In this document: positions 52,091-60,677 of the stretch, piece by piece | How the letters are laid out: every line of letters starts with the position of its first letter | Numbering within the stretch: position 1 is the stretch's first letter | Assembly (NCBI GenBank): GCA_041657385.1 | Contig: JBBABZ010000004.1 | Location: forward strand, 1,867 to 65,866 | Length of the DNA stretch: 64,000 bases | Reading direction: 5' to 3' | Origin: Minisyncoccota bacterium | Lineage (GTDB): Bacteria > Patescibacteriota > Minisyncoccia > Minisyncoccales > JAQTVQ01 | The notes under the pieces: model-generated | The model's input: the letters and a program-made list of their open reading frames with translations, nothing else | What the model was told of the DNA's origin: nothing | Database searches by the model: none | Position numbers and translations under genes: made by a program

Positions 52091-53935
52091 TTACATTCCC
52101 GGAGGAGGCATATCTCCGCCGCCGCTTGAGGAATTGGTTTTAGTGCTGGAAGAGCTTTTTGCGCTGTTGTTGTTTCTGCCGAAAGAGAATAACCCTTGGC
52201 CTTGCGAAGCGGCCTTAACTGTTTGGACGACTGTTTTTATGACAACCAAGTCGCCCTCTTCGAGCCCGCTTGTTACTTCAACGCTTGTATCGTCGGATAA
52301 TCCGATTTCAACGGTTTGTTGGGTTGGAGCTGAAACGGAAATCACTCCTTCGCTGTTGGTTGCATTTTGGCCGGACAAAGAACTTACGCTTAGGGTCTCG
52401 ACATAATACGCTCCTTCAGTGCCTTTTATCGCCGCGCTTGGAACCAGCAAAATATCCTGTTTGACATCCGTAATGATCGAAGCCGAAACGCTCATACCCG
52501 GCTTGATCTGGTCATCGGAATCAAAAACTATTTTTACGTTATAAGAAACCACTCCCTGCGAAACGGTTCCGATAGTATCTATTTCCGAAACCTCGCCGGC
52601 AATGGTCAATCCGTCGATCGCGTCAAAAGTGAGAGTTGTTTTTTGTCCGACTTTTACTTTGGAAGCGTCCACTTCATTAAGCGATACTCCGGCAACCCGG
52701 CTTTTGGTGATGATGGTCGCAATCGTTCCGTAAGAAGAAATAGAAGCGATGGAATCTCCCTGGTTGACATTCATGGCCGCAATAACTCCGTCAAACGGCG
52801 CTCTGATAGAATAATCGTTTAATTTATCTTTGGCATCGGCAAGAGCTTGTTCTCTTTGGCTGATAGAAATTTGCTGGGAGCGCAGATCAAGCTCGTCCGG
52901 TCCGGCTTTCAGGTCCGCCAATGAAGCGGTTTTTTCAACTATGCTGTTGCTGGCATTGGTAAGGGCCAGCTCGTAAGTTTGGATAGAATTTTTCGCCGAA
53001 ATGATGTTGGTTGAATAGGTCTTAACGGTTGTCGAATCGGAATTAAGGCTGGTCAAATTTGGGTCGTTGATCGTTTTTCCTTGAGTGGAAGGGATAACAT
53101 CATAAGTGTGGGAGATCAAGTCCGAAGCGTTTTTTATCGTTTCGGTTACATCGCTTACGGTAACAGCAGTTTCGCTGACCAAGGCCTTTATGGCCTCATT
53201 GTCAGAAGATCCGTTTACGCTTAGATAATCATTGAAGTTTTTTTCGTATTCTCCAGCCGCTTTTTGGTAGACAGCGGAAACTCTGCTGCCGTATTGAGCC
53301 ATATTAGAGTCATAACTGTTTCCGGCGTTAACGTAGTAATCTATGTTATTTTGCTGGATGGTTGTTCCTATGATCAGATCATGAAGCCTGATCATAACAT
53401 TTGGAAAAGTGGTAAAAATTGTTTGAACAGCGGCCAGTCCGTCCTGATAAGATTTTTTGAGATTATCTTGGGCCTGTTGTTCTGTTTGCCGGGCTAGAAT
53501 AAGGCTGTTTTCCGCTTGGAAAATAGCCAAATCAGTTGCCGGTTTTTGCAATTTTTCCAGCGCGAGATTTGCCGATTCCAAGCTTATCTCCGCGTCTCTT
53601 ACTGATTTTTGGGCAGCAGCGGAATCCAGCTGGGCTATAAGCTGGTTTTTTTTCACTTCGTCTCCGACTTTCGCGTTGACCGAAAGCACATCGCCGGAAA
53701 CAGTGGCTTTTATATCCACTTGTTTGGAAGCGGAAACTTGTCCGCTGCCGGAAACAGCTGTTATCAGCTGTCCTTTTTCAGCCGCGGCCAAAACATATCT
53801 GGTTTGGGAAGTACTTCCTCCCAGAGAGCTGAAAACAAAATATCCTCCCGCGATCAAAACAACAACAATGATCGCAGAAATAAATTTGTGTTTGATTATC
53901 TTTCCTAAAATATTTTTCATCATAATTTTGGCCAA
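52091..53935 (-). CDS. HlyD/MacA-type periplasmic adaptor (membrane fusion protein), extended 614-aa form
   Basis: It has an N-terminal TM helix, a lipoyl-like motif (GDVLSVNAKVGDEVKKNQLIAQLD), a long coiled coil, a beta-barrel, and a Ser/Gly-rich tail. Confidence 0.75.
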   Translation of the reverse strand: MAKIMMKNILGKIIKHKFISAIIVVVLIAGGYFVFSSLGGSTSQTRYVLAAAEKGQLITAVSGSGQVSASKQVDIKATVSGDVLSVNAKVGDEVKKNQLIAQLDSAAAQKSVRDAEISLESANLALEKLQKPATDLAIFQAENSLILARQTEQQAQDNLKKSYQDGLAAVQTIFTTFPNVMIRLHDLIIGTTIQQNNIDYYVNAGNSYDSNMAQYGSRVSAVYQKAAGEYEKNFNDYLSVNGSSDNEAIKALVSETAVTVSDVTETIKNASDLISHTYDVIPSTQGKTINDPNLTSLNSDSTTVKTYSTNIISAKNSIQTYELALTNASNSIVEKTASLADLKAGPDELDLRSQQISISQREQALADAKDKLNDYSIRAPFDGVIAAMNVNQGDSIASISSYGTIATIITKSRVAGVSLNEVDASKVKVGQKTTLTFDAIDGLTIAGEVSEIDTIGTVSQGVVSYNVKIVFDSDDQIKPGMSVSASIITDVKQDILLVPSAAIKGTEGAYYVETLSVSSLSGQNATNSEGVISVSAPTQQTVEIGLSDDTSVEVTSGLEEGDLVVIKTVVQTVKAASQGQGLFSFGRNNNSAKSSSSTKTNSSSGGGDMPPPGM

Positions 53936-53974
53936 AACTAAATCAGCCTGGATTTAAGAATTATCTTTTTTATA

Positions 53975-54472
53975 TTAATAAGGCATAATCCTCGGCCCTG
54001 CTTTTGGATCCTTTTGGGGAGCCGGAGGCATAACTCTGATCAGTCTTGCTTGCATCTGGCCGGTGCCATTCGGTTCTCCGATGATCACGATAAGGTCATT
54101 CGTTTTCAGATCGGATATTTTTAAGGTGTCTTTAAGCCGTTTTATGGTTGTGGTGCCGTCTTCTATTATTATGGATTTTTCAACATCGTCTTTTCCTTTA
54201 ACAACAATACTTGATCCTTCTACTTTGATGATCTGCCCAAAGACGCCATTCGCTTCCATAAAATCCTTGCCTTCAAATTCGTTCAAAAATCCTTCTTTGG
54301 GCCCGGCAAAATTGAGGTGGTAATTCTCGCTCCAATTGCCGGAAAATTCGGCTTTCCTGGAACCGACCATCATCCCCGCTTTAAAAATAAGCAAAAAGGC
54401 TAAAAAGATGGCCATGCCGATAATTATTCCCTGAAAAAGTTTTGATTGGAAAAATTTAGTTATTTGTTGCAT
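53975..54472 (-). CDS. Membrane-anchored secreted protein, paralogous domain to 49452-49919
   Basis: It has a TM helix followed by GQIIKVEGSSIVVKGKDD..LKTNDLIVIIGEPNGTGQMQARLIRV. Confidence 0.5.
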   Translation of the reverse strand: MQQITKFFQSKLFQGIIIGMAIFLAFLLIFKAGMMVGSRKAEFSGNWSENYHLNFAGPKEGFLNEFEGKDFMEANGVFGQIIKVEGSSIVVKGKDDVEKSIIIEDGTTTIKRLKDTLKISDLKTNDLIVIIGEPNGTGQMQARLIRVMPPAPQKDPKAGPRIMPY

Positions 54473-54890
54473 ATTTTTTATTTGTCATTAGATCGAGGCT
54501 AGCAATATCCCTGATATCTTTGGTTAAAAATCTTATTGATCCTAAAAAAACTAAAACAGCGGCGAAAACAGCAACAAGACCCATTACCGGAAGCGTTTCC
54601 AATAATGACAAAGCGAAGTTTTGCCAATACATCGAAACGACCGCGAAATCGGAAAAAAGAAGCGAAGAAAAAGTGAAAAAACTAGTTGCGGCCAGTTCGG
54701 TTTTCAACATTTGGAAAGCCGGAAAAACAGCGGCCAGCGATGCTAATGCTCCAACGGAAAAAATAACTATTCTTTGCTTGATCCTCCCCAGCCTTTGCTC
54801 CCTATGGATGCGGCTCATTATTTTACCAAAAAGCTCCTTTGGCGGCTCGGGAGAATTATCTATAAAATTTTTGTTATGCTGTTGGACCAT
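54456..54890 (-). CDS. Putative anti-sigma factor (membrane protein downstream of the ECF sigma)
   Basis: It has a short cytoplasmic N-terminus followed by several TM helices. Its position immediately 3' of the sigma gene supports the call. Confidence 0.5.
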   Translation of the reverse strand: MVQQHNKNFIDNSPEPPKELFGKIMSRIHREQRLGRIKQRIVIFSVGALASLAAVFPAFQMLKTELAATSFFTFSSLLFSDFAVVSMYWQNFALSLLETLPVMGLVAVFAAVLVFLGSIRFLTKDIRDIASLDLMTNKKYATNN

Positions 54891-54992
54891 ATTTTGTTAA
54901 TTTCTATGATATTTATACGAGAAAAGGTTATATTTTGGTGCGTTTTTGGAAATAAACTAAAAGAAACCCGCGGTTATGGCGTCGCGGGTATA

Positions 54993-55556
54993 TTAATTGG
55001 CTGCAATAATTTTTTTAGCCGCAATAACAGCCCGTCTGTAGCGGCTTTTGACGGTATTGATCGGCTCGTCCAAAAAGTCGGCGATCTCTTGAAAGGTCAA
55101 ATCTTTATCGTGCCGCAAAGAAATTATTTTTTGATAATTTGAAGAAAGCTGGCTGATGGCCGAAGAAACAAAGCCGGCTGTTTCTTTCTTCTCCGCCTCT
55201 TGAGCTGGAGAAAGCGACTGGCTGGCCAAATTGTCGGCAATAAAATTATAGCCGTTTTCGTCTTCAAAATTGGAAAATGGTATGGTCTTTCTTTTTTTGA
55301 AAAAATCTATAGCGGTATTTTTCGCGATGGTGAAAATCCAGGTTTTAAAACTTTTCTCCTGATCGAATTTTTTAATGCTCCTCCACGCTTTCACAAAAGT
55401 TTCTTGAGCAATGTCGTCCGCGTCAGCGGCGTTTCCAGTATAACGGAAAACAAAGCCGTAAACAGGTTTAAGATATTTCTTGATCAAAAATTCCAGCGCT
55501 TTTTCGTTTCCTTTCAAATATTGCTCAATGAGATCCAAGTCGCTTGATTCAGGCAT
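54993..55556 (-). CDS. ECF-type RNA polymerase sigma factor
   Basis: Region 2 reads DADDIAQETFVKAW and region 4 reads SLRHDKDLTFQEIADFLDEPINTVKSRYRRA. Confidence 0.88.
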   Translation of the reverse strand: MPESSDLDLIEQYLKGNEKALEFLIKKYLKPVYGFVFRYTGNAADADDIAQETFVKAWRSIKKFDQEKSFKTWIFTIAKNTAIDFFKKRKTIPFSNFEDENGYNFIADNLASQSLSPAQEAEKKETAGFVSSAISQLSSNYQKIISLRHDKDLTFQEIADFLDEPINTVKSRYRRAVIAAKKIIAAN

Positions 55557-55733
55557 AAAAAATTGCTTTTAATATAGATCATTATACCAAAAAGTCCAAT
55601 CAAAAAACAGCCAAATTATCAACCTCAATTATTAAGAGTTGCCAGAGGTCTAACCTCTGGCAGATGACTCCCCTTGGTTTCTGTTGCTAGAAGTTTTTAT
55701 CAGAGGTTAGACCCCTGATAAAAACTCAAAAAG

Positions 55734-57194
55734 TTAGGATTGTTTCTTTGGGGATTTTCTTTGGTCGAACATCCAGAGAGCGATGTTGCCGACAAGGAAT
55801 ATCAGCGCCAGCCACCAAGGCAGACAGATATACAATTTGGCGTAAGCCAAGATGGCTACGATGATTGGAATTAGACTGATAATAGAAAAAATAATGCTTT
55901 TGTTCCGTTTGCTGTTCCAATAATCCAATCCTTTCAATATCGGATAAGCGGCGAAGAGCAAAAACAGCCACCAAGGGGAATTGGGCCAGCAGGCGCCGAT
56001 GCTTAAGCTGTCCCAAATGGAAGCCAAGCTAGCCATTAAATTGAAATTTGTTGTTTGGCCATCAACTTGTGTCTCTCCTATCTGCTGTTCCGGCTGGCCT
56101 TGGCCGTTTTGACCGGTTTGGTTTCCTTGGCTGTCCTGGCTGGATTCTTCGCTGTTTCCAATTTCGGTTGAGGTTCCGCTCACTTGCGGGGTAAAAGAAT
56201 TGGCGGCAATCAAGCCGGATCCTTGGCCGTTATTATTTGCTTCACCTTCTCCGCCAGCCGGAGTTTTTTGTCCGTTATCCGGAAGAACAGCCGCTAACGT
56301 AAAAGTATGATCCTGGGTAACGGCAAGAGAGCCGTGCGATACGCAGCGAAAGTGATAAGTTCCTGGAGATAAATTAGGTATCGTCACAGAATGGGAAGTT
56401 CCTCTCACATTTGTTTCCGGGTTCGGATACGAAGAAGCATAACCGTAATTAGGTTTGCTAAGGTCAAGAGTTGCGGGTTCTCCGTCTTTGGAATAAATCA
56501 CCCAGCTTGTGGCAGAATAACTCGTAGTCCAGGAAATGGTCACGCTTCCTCCTTCGACGCCATTAACCACGGTTACCGTTCCGTCCGGAATGGTCAAACC
56601 CAAAGGAGCCGATCCGCCGCCTCCGTTGCCGGGAGTAATAGCTCCCCCTTCCTCTCCCTGAAAACCGACCAAAAGATCAAAAGTTGTCGTTGCTTCCTGT
56701 CCCCTTGTTTCCGTAGAGGGAAACAAGACTGCGTATTCGTATTCTTTGTAATTGCCAGCCGGAATAGTTGAGAGATAAGTTTCTCCGTCTCTATAAAAAT
56801 CGTAAAGCGTTTTAGCTCCTGTGGAGCTTAACCCGCCGTACAAATCGCTTCCGCCGTTCTCTCTGATAACTATTGAAAGGTATCTGGAAAGGTCCCCTGC
56901 CGGTATGTTGTCTTTATTGGGAAACCCTGGATAACTTAAAGTCTCGGTTGCTATTTTTTTGTCCTTACCGCTATTGTTGATAACCTTTACTAAACTGCTG
57001 GTGCTTGCTCCTGGATAAAAGTTATCGACATTGAACAGAGGTCTGGAATCAAATGCCACGAAATCACTGCCATCCCAAGTTTTCACGGTCAAACCATCGG
57101 AAGCCAGAGCAAAAGGCGTGCAGAAAAATCCGGCTCCAAAAAATACTGCCAAGACTACCAAATTTATTTTAAGAATATTAGAAATGCTTTTCAT
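55734..57194 (-). CDS. Secreted 486-aa protein with Ig/FN3-like domain and C-terminal multi-TM anchor
   Basis: It has a signal sequence, GSVTISWTTSYSATSWVIYSKDG..GTYHFRCVSHG, a Gly/Gln-rich linker, and hydrophobic C-terminal helices. Confidence 0.6.
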   Translation of the reverse strand: MKSISNILKINLVVLAVFFGAGFFCTPFALASDGLTVKTWDGSDFVAFDSRPLFNVDNFYPGASTSSLVKVINNSGKDKKIATETLSYPGFPNKDNIPAGDLSRYLSIVIRENGGSDLYGGLSSTGAKTLYDFYRDGETYLSTIPAGNYKEYEYAVLFPSTETRGQEATTTFDLLVGFQGEEGGAITPGNGGGGSAPLGLTIPDGTVTVVNGVEGGSVTISWTTSYSATSWVIYSKDGEPATLDLSKPNYGYASSYPNPETNVRGTSHSVTIPNLSPGTYHFRCVSHGSLAVTQDHTFTLAAVLPDNGQKTPAGGEGEANNNGQGSGLIAANSFTPQVSGTSTEIGNSEESSQDSQGNQTGQNGQGQPEQQIGETQVDGQTTNFNLMASLASIWDSLSIGACWPNSPWWLFLLFAAYPILKGLDYWNSKRNKSIIFSIISLIPIIVAILAYAKLYICLPWWLALIFLVGNIALWMFDQRKSPKKQS

Positions 57195-57207
57195 AAAGGT
57201 TGACGGA

Positions 57208-58122
57208 TTAAATTATAGTCAGCTCGCCCTCTCCATCGCCGCCGCCGGTATTGCTATCATTATTATTGTCGCCATCTTGAGTAGTATCGTCTTGGCCGCC
57301 AATATCTCCGTCCTCAATATTTTCTCCATCCTGGCTTGGTTCAATAACAGGGTCTTCTATTATGGCTGGATCTTCTATGACCAAATCTTGGTCTTCGGGT
57401 TCTCCTTGTTGCTCTTCTTCCGGCTGTTCATCAGCTGCTGGTCCGGAAGTAACTTCAATTTCAGGGATACTATCAATCAAAGTATTGGAAATTTCTTCAG
57501 TGTCCGAGAATCCCGAAGACGGATTCGGTAAATTTTCCTGCCAGCCGTTGAAAACAAATTTAAAAACGCATTTTTGATCCGTTATTACAGGACTGCTGGC
57601 CGGATAGCTTATTTCGTAATGGAGCCATTGTTCGAATCCGTCGTTAATAATAAAATCTCCATTTGTTCCGTTTATAGGGCCCGCCAAAGAAGTCAGTAAA
57701 CCATCGTATTCAAGGCTGTTTGATCCGTAATAATTATAGTATATTTTCAGTTGCAATATATCACAAAAGTCACTTCCTTCTATGGATTCATAACCGATGT
57801 TATATCTCAAAGGCAGACTATCAACAGTTTTTCCTACATAAATGTCTCTAGTTACCGAGTCTCCGGGGCCCATATCACCGACGACTTCGGAAGGAATAAA
57901 ATTGTTTTGGTCAGACCTTACGGTCAAATCCAGTGTTCCGGCGGAAAGGGTCGAACCGTTAATTTCCACTTTGTCCGTATAATAAGCAAAAGTATTTCCA
58001 ATAGCGGATAAGCCGGTTAAGTTCAAGGCGACGCAAACAAGGACAGCCGAAACCTTAAAGAGAGCTTTTTTGAAAAGCTTTTTATTCGGATGTCTTTTTG
58101 ATGTTCTTCTTTTTTTAGACAT
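57208..58122 (-). CDS. TasA/camelysin-like SipW-dependent secreted protein with an acidic C-terminal tail
   Basis: It has a signal anchor followed by GNTFAYYTDKVEINGSTLSAGTLDL, and a C-terminal D/E/G-rich tail. Confidence 0.7.
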   Translation of the reverse strand: MSKKRRTSKRHPNKKLFKKALFKVSAVLVCVALNLTGLSAIGNTFAYYTDKVEINGSTLSAGTLDLTVRSDQNNFIPSEVVGDMGPGDSVTRDIYVGKTVDSLPLRYNIGYESIEGSDFCDILQLKIYYNYYGSNSLEYDGLLTSLAGPINGTNGDFIINDGFEQWLHYEISYPASSPVITDQKCVFKFVFNGWQENLPNPSSGFSDTEEISNTLIDSIPEIEVTSGPAADEQPEEEQQGEPEDQDLVIEDPAIIEDPVIEPSQDGENIEDGDIGGQDDTTQDGDNNNDSNTGGGDGEGELTII

Positions 58123-58672
58123 TGTCCTTTTTTCCTTTTCCTATCTCTTTATACTGTTCATCTTTTTTAACCTCTCCATAAATTTTTCTTGCTTCTTCCC
58201 AAATAATCAACACTGCCGGAATAATAATCACTAATGCGAAACCTATAGGCTGTCTTACAAAATTTAATATGTAACCCAGATACGGAATAGAAAAGAAAAC
58301 CCTACCCTTAACTTCGCTCTGTGCTACTTCCTTGCTATCCTCGGTATTATTAGCATCACCCTTGGTGATGTAAATCATCTGACCGCCGACAATCTTTATA
58401 TCTTTAACGCGGTGAGTTGTAGGTGTTTTGGTTTTACTGATTTCGCCGAAAGTAATCACATCGCCAATCTTATAATTGCTTGCTGGAGCAACGACTACTA
58501 CGCTTCCCGTATGAATTGCTGGCTCCATTGAACCTGATAGTACGGATAACACTCTGTAATTGCCAGAAATCGGTAACATTGTCCCAACCAATAGAACCGC
58601 CATAAATGTTAGAATCGAAATCCCAACGATAGAAATCCAATTTTTAACTTTTTTTAATGTTATCATTTTCAT
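58115..58672 (-). CDS. sipW: Signal peptidase I, SipW (archaeal/ER) type
   Basis: It has the VLSGSMEPAIHTGSVV catalytic Ser motif and THRV..KGDAN. It has TM helices at the N- and C-termini. Confidence 0.85.
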   Translation of the reverse strand: MKMITLKKVKNWISIVGISILTFMAVLLVGTMLPISGNYRVLSVLSGSMEPAIHTGSVVVVAPASNYKIGDVITFGEISKTKTPTTHRVKDIKIVGGQMIYITKGDANNTEDSKEVAQSEVKGRVFFSIPYLGYILNFVRQPIGFALVIIIPAVLIIWEEARKIYGEVKKDEQYKEIGKGKKDNV

Positions 58673-58792
58673 TCTGGATAATTAAAATCCTTTATAGGCT
58701 ATCTCATTACTAAAATGAGGTAGCCTAAAAAAATTCAACTAATCAATTTTCTAATCTTTCGCCTATTTAACAAGAAAAGAAATATTTAATTA

Positions 58793-59416
58793 TTAAATTT
58801 TTTGATCAAGACCAAAAATAGTATTGATTGTTACGCTGTCATTCATGATAACATTTCCAACGCTAGCAGGAATTGAATATTGAATCTTAACGCTGGCAGT
58901 TTTGTCTGTGCCTAATATGTCACCAAGCACTAGCTGGTTTGGATTAGCATTAAATTCAGCGAGAGTGTAGTCGTATAAAACAGACCCGAAGACACCATTG
59001 TTTTCTGGGCTATACGAAATTTTTATTCTAATGTTTTGAGGAAGCTCACCAGTCGTATCGCTGGCACTGTCTCCGGCAGCCACTTCGGGAGCGAGAGCTG
59101 TATTCTCTGCGTTAGAAGTTACCACCAATCTGATGGAAGCTACACCGTTAACACTACCCTGTTTTTGGATATCGACGATTTGTTCGTCTGTAAATCCTGG
59201 TGCTAAATTGGTTAATTGGACTGGAGAAACAAAACCATCAGACCATACTTGTGCGCCGCCAGAAGGATTACTATCCACTTTAAGATCTAATGTTCCAGCT
59301 GTAATAGTGCTACCTGATGCAACTGTTGTGTCGGTAAAATAAGCGACTGTTCCCGCGGTGGCAACTGCGCCAACCACGAGCATTGTGGCTAAACTAACTA
59401 AAATTTTTGCATTCAT
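58793..59416 (-). CDS. TasA/camelysin-like SipW-dependent secreted protein
   Basis: It contains the signal sequence VGAVATAGTVAYFTDTTVASGSTITAGTLDL, typical of the family. Confidence 0.75.
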   Translation of the reverse strand: MNAKILVSLATMLVVGAVATAGTVAYFTDTTVASGSTITAGTLDLKVDSNPSGGAQVWSDGFVSPVQLTNLAPGFTDEQIVDIQKQGSVNGVASIRLVVTSNAENTALAPEVAAGDSASDTTGELPQNIRIKISYSPENNGVFGSVLYDYTLAEFNANPNQLVLGDILGTDKTASVKIQYSIPASVGNVIMNDSVTINTIFGLDQKI

Positions 59417-59567
59417 AAGTGTTTTTAAAAATTAAAATTGTACTGATTATTTTTCTCTGCGTTTTTAATTGCCCCTGCAGGGATCAGGCAAGCCGACCAG
59501 TGGCGTTAATTTTTATAAGTCCACGCTTCGCTTTTTTATCAAAAAATTTTCAATAAAAAAGCGAAGC

Positions 59568-59666
59568 CTAAGCTCCGCGTCCAAAATTTAAAATTGTCTT
59601 ATGTAAAATCCAAGCCGCTGTGCAGTTCCAATATCCAATTATCTGATGGTGATTGCATCCAAACAT
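59568..59666 (-). CDS. Untracked 32-aa ORF: MFGCNHHQIIGYWNCTAAWILHKTILNFGRGA
   Basis: Translated by hand. On the minus strand a TTGACA-16-TAAAAT promoter lies at 59756-59729. A 14-bp-stem hairpin (GCTTCGCTTTTTTA / TAAAAAAGCGAAGC) at about 59525-59567 follows the stop. Confidence 0.4.
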   Translation of the reverse strand: MFGCNHHQIIGYWNCTAAWILHKTILNFGRGA

Positions 59667-59847
59667 AGTGCGTTTTCCTACTTACAATAATCCTTATCTT
59701 GATAATCCTGCCCTTCTTGGTACTTTTGATTTTACCCTGCCGCAAACCCCTGTCAAGTTTTTCCTTTACCAGAAACCAATCCCCAAACTCGTCAAACTTC
59801 CTTCAAAAACCATACCTATCCGAAAGGTATAGTTTCCCAAATCAAGA

Positions 59848-59894
59848 ATGGTCAAGGCCCGGCCTTGACCATCTTTTGGTGAGTTATCCACAGC
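59848..59894 (-). repeat. Terminator-linked repeat element with DnaA-box 9-mer
   Basis: The + strand reads ATGGTCAAGGCCCGGCCTTGACCATCTTTTGGTGAGTTATCCACAGCC, with TTATCCACA at 59884-59892. Confidence 0.75.
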
Positions 59895-59937
59895 CTAAAA
59901 GAAAAAACTTCCGGGATTCCGGAAGTTTTTTGATGCT

Positions 59938-60042
59938 TTATTGCGATCTGGGCACCGCTGTCAGTGCCGGTATTATCAAAAAAAAGATAATATTTTCCAA
60001 AACAAAAAGGAAAATCAACGCTATTAGTAAGCCCTTGCTCAT
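59938..60042 (-). CDS. Untracked 34-aa hydrophobic ORF: MSKGLLIALIFLFVLENIIFFLIIPALTAVPRSQ
   Basis: Translated by hand. On the minus strand a TTGACA-17-TATTAT promoter lies at 60179-60151, followed by a ~100-nt structured leader. The terminator CTTCCGG-N4-CCGGAAG+T6 lies at 59902-59931. Confidence 0.5.
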   Translation of the reverse strand: MSKGLLIALIFLFVLENIIFFLIIPALTAVPRSQ

Positions 60043-60226
60043 TTATTTTATTTTTAAGGTGCGAATTGCTGGTCTGCCAATCTGCCGACCAGCAAGAACC
60101 GCTCCTTAAAGGTTAAGATTCTTGCCAGTTGACGCTGGCGATACCTAAAGATAATAGTAATTTTTGCCGAATTTGTCAAAATTTAGTGAAAAACTACACC
60201 TGTTCGACAGGTGTATTAAAAATTTA

Positions 60227-60270
60227 CCAGAAGCCCGGCTTCTGCCAGTTTTTTGTGAGCTATCCACAAC
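60227..60270 (-). repeat. Terminator-linked repeat element with near-consensus DnaA-box 9-mer
   Basis: The + strand reads CCAGAAGCCCGGCTTCTGCCAGTTTTTTGTGAGCTATCCACAAC, with CTATCCACA at 60260-60268. Confidence 0.7.
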
Positions 60271-60327
60271 TCAAAGCATATTTTCACAAACAAAAACTTC
60301 CGGGTTTCGGAAGTTTTTTGATGTTTT

Positions 60328-60468
60328 TCATTCGCTATTTTGAATTTGCGGGAGCTGGGTGCTTCCAGCTTCTCGATGTTTTTCCCTTGTAATGCCGAAT
60401 ATGGTAAAAACAACGGCAAAGATCAGCATTGCCGATACAAAGACAAAGAAAATTGAAACAGCTTTCAT
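60328..60468 (-). CDS. Untracked 46-aa single-TM ORF: MKAVSIFFVFVSAMLIFAVVFTIFGITREKHREAGSTQLPQIQNSE
   Basis: Translated by hand. On the minus strand a TTGACA-17-TAATAT promoter lies at 60605-60577. Its leader is homologous to that of 59938-60042. The terminator CTTCCG-N5-CGGAAG+T6 lies at 60292-60319. Confidence 0.5.
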   Translation of the reverse strand: MKAVSIFFVFVSAMLIFAVVFTIFGITREKHREAGSTQLPQIQNSE

Positions 60469-60677
60469 ATTTAATTTTTTAAAGGTGCCTTGCCTGCTTA
60501 GCATCAGCTTTGCAGGACAGTGGTTCCCTAAAAAAGGTTACATATCCTGCCCAGCCGATGCTGGCGATGTCTAAAAATATTAATGATTTTTACAAAGCCT
60601 GTCAACTAAAAAAACTACACCTTTCGGATAGGTATAGTTCAAAGCGTAATCCTTAAAGGATCATCCGAAAATATGCA

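Noticed and set aside
38017-60268. Seven TTATCCACA-type DnaA boxes considered as a replication origin
   Set aside because: The boxes are spread over 22 kb, each inside the same terminator-linked repeat. There is no dnaA or dnaN gene, no AT-rich unwinding element and no tight box cluster. I report them as a repeat family and a possible titration site, not as oriC.
59699-60574. Tracked ORFs 59699-60109 (+), 60129-60392 (+), 60216-60419 (-) and 60359-60574 (+)
   Set aside because: Each reads straight through consensus promoters, perfect terminator hairpins and the repeat elements. The region is better explained by short minus-strand modules with their own promoters and terminators.
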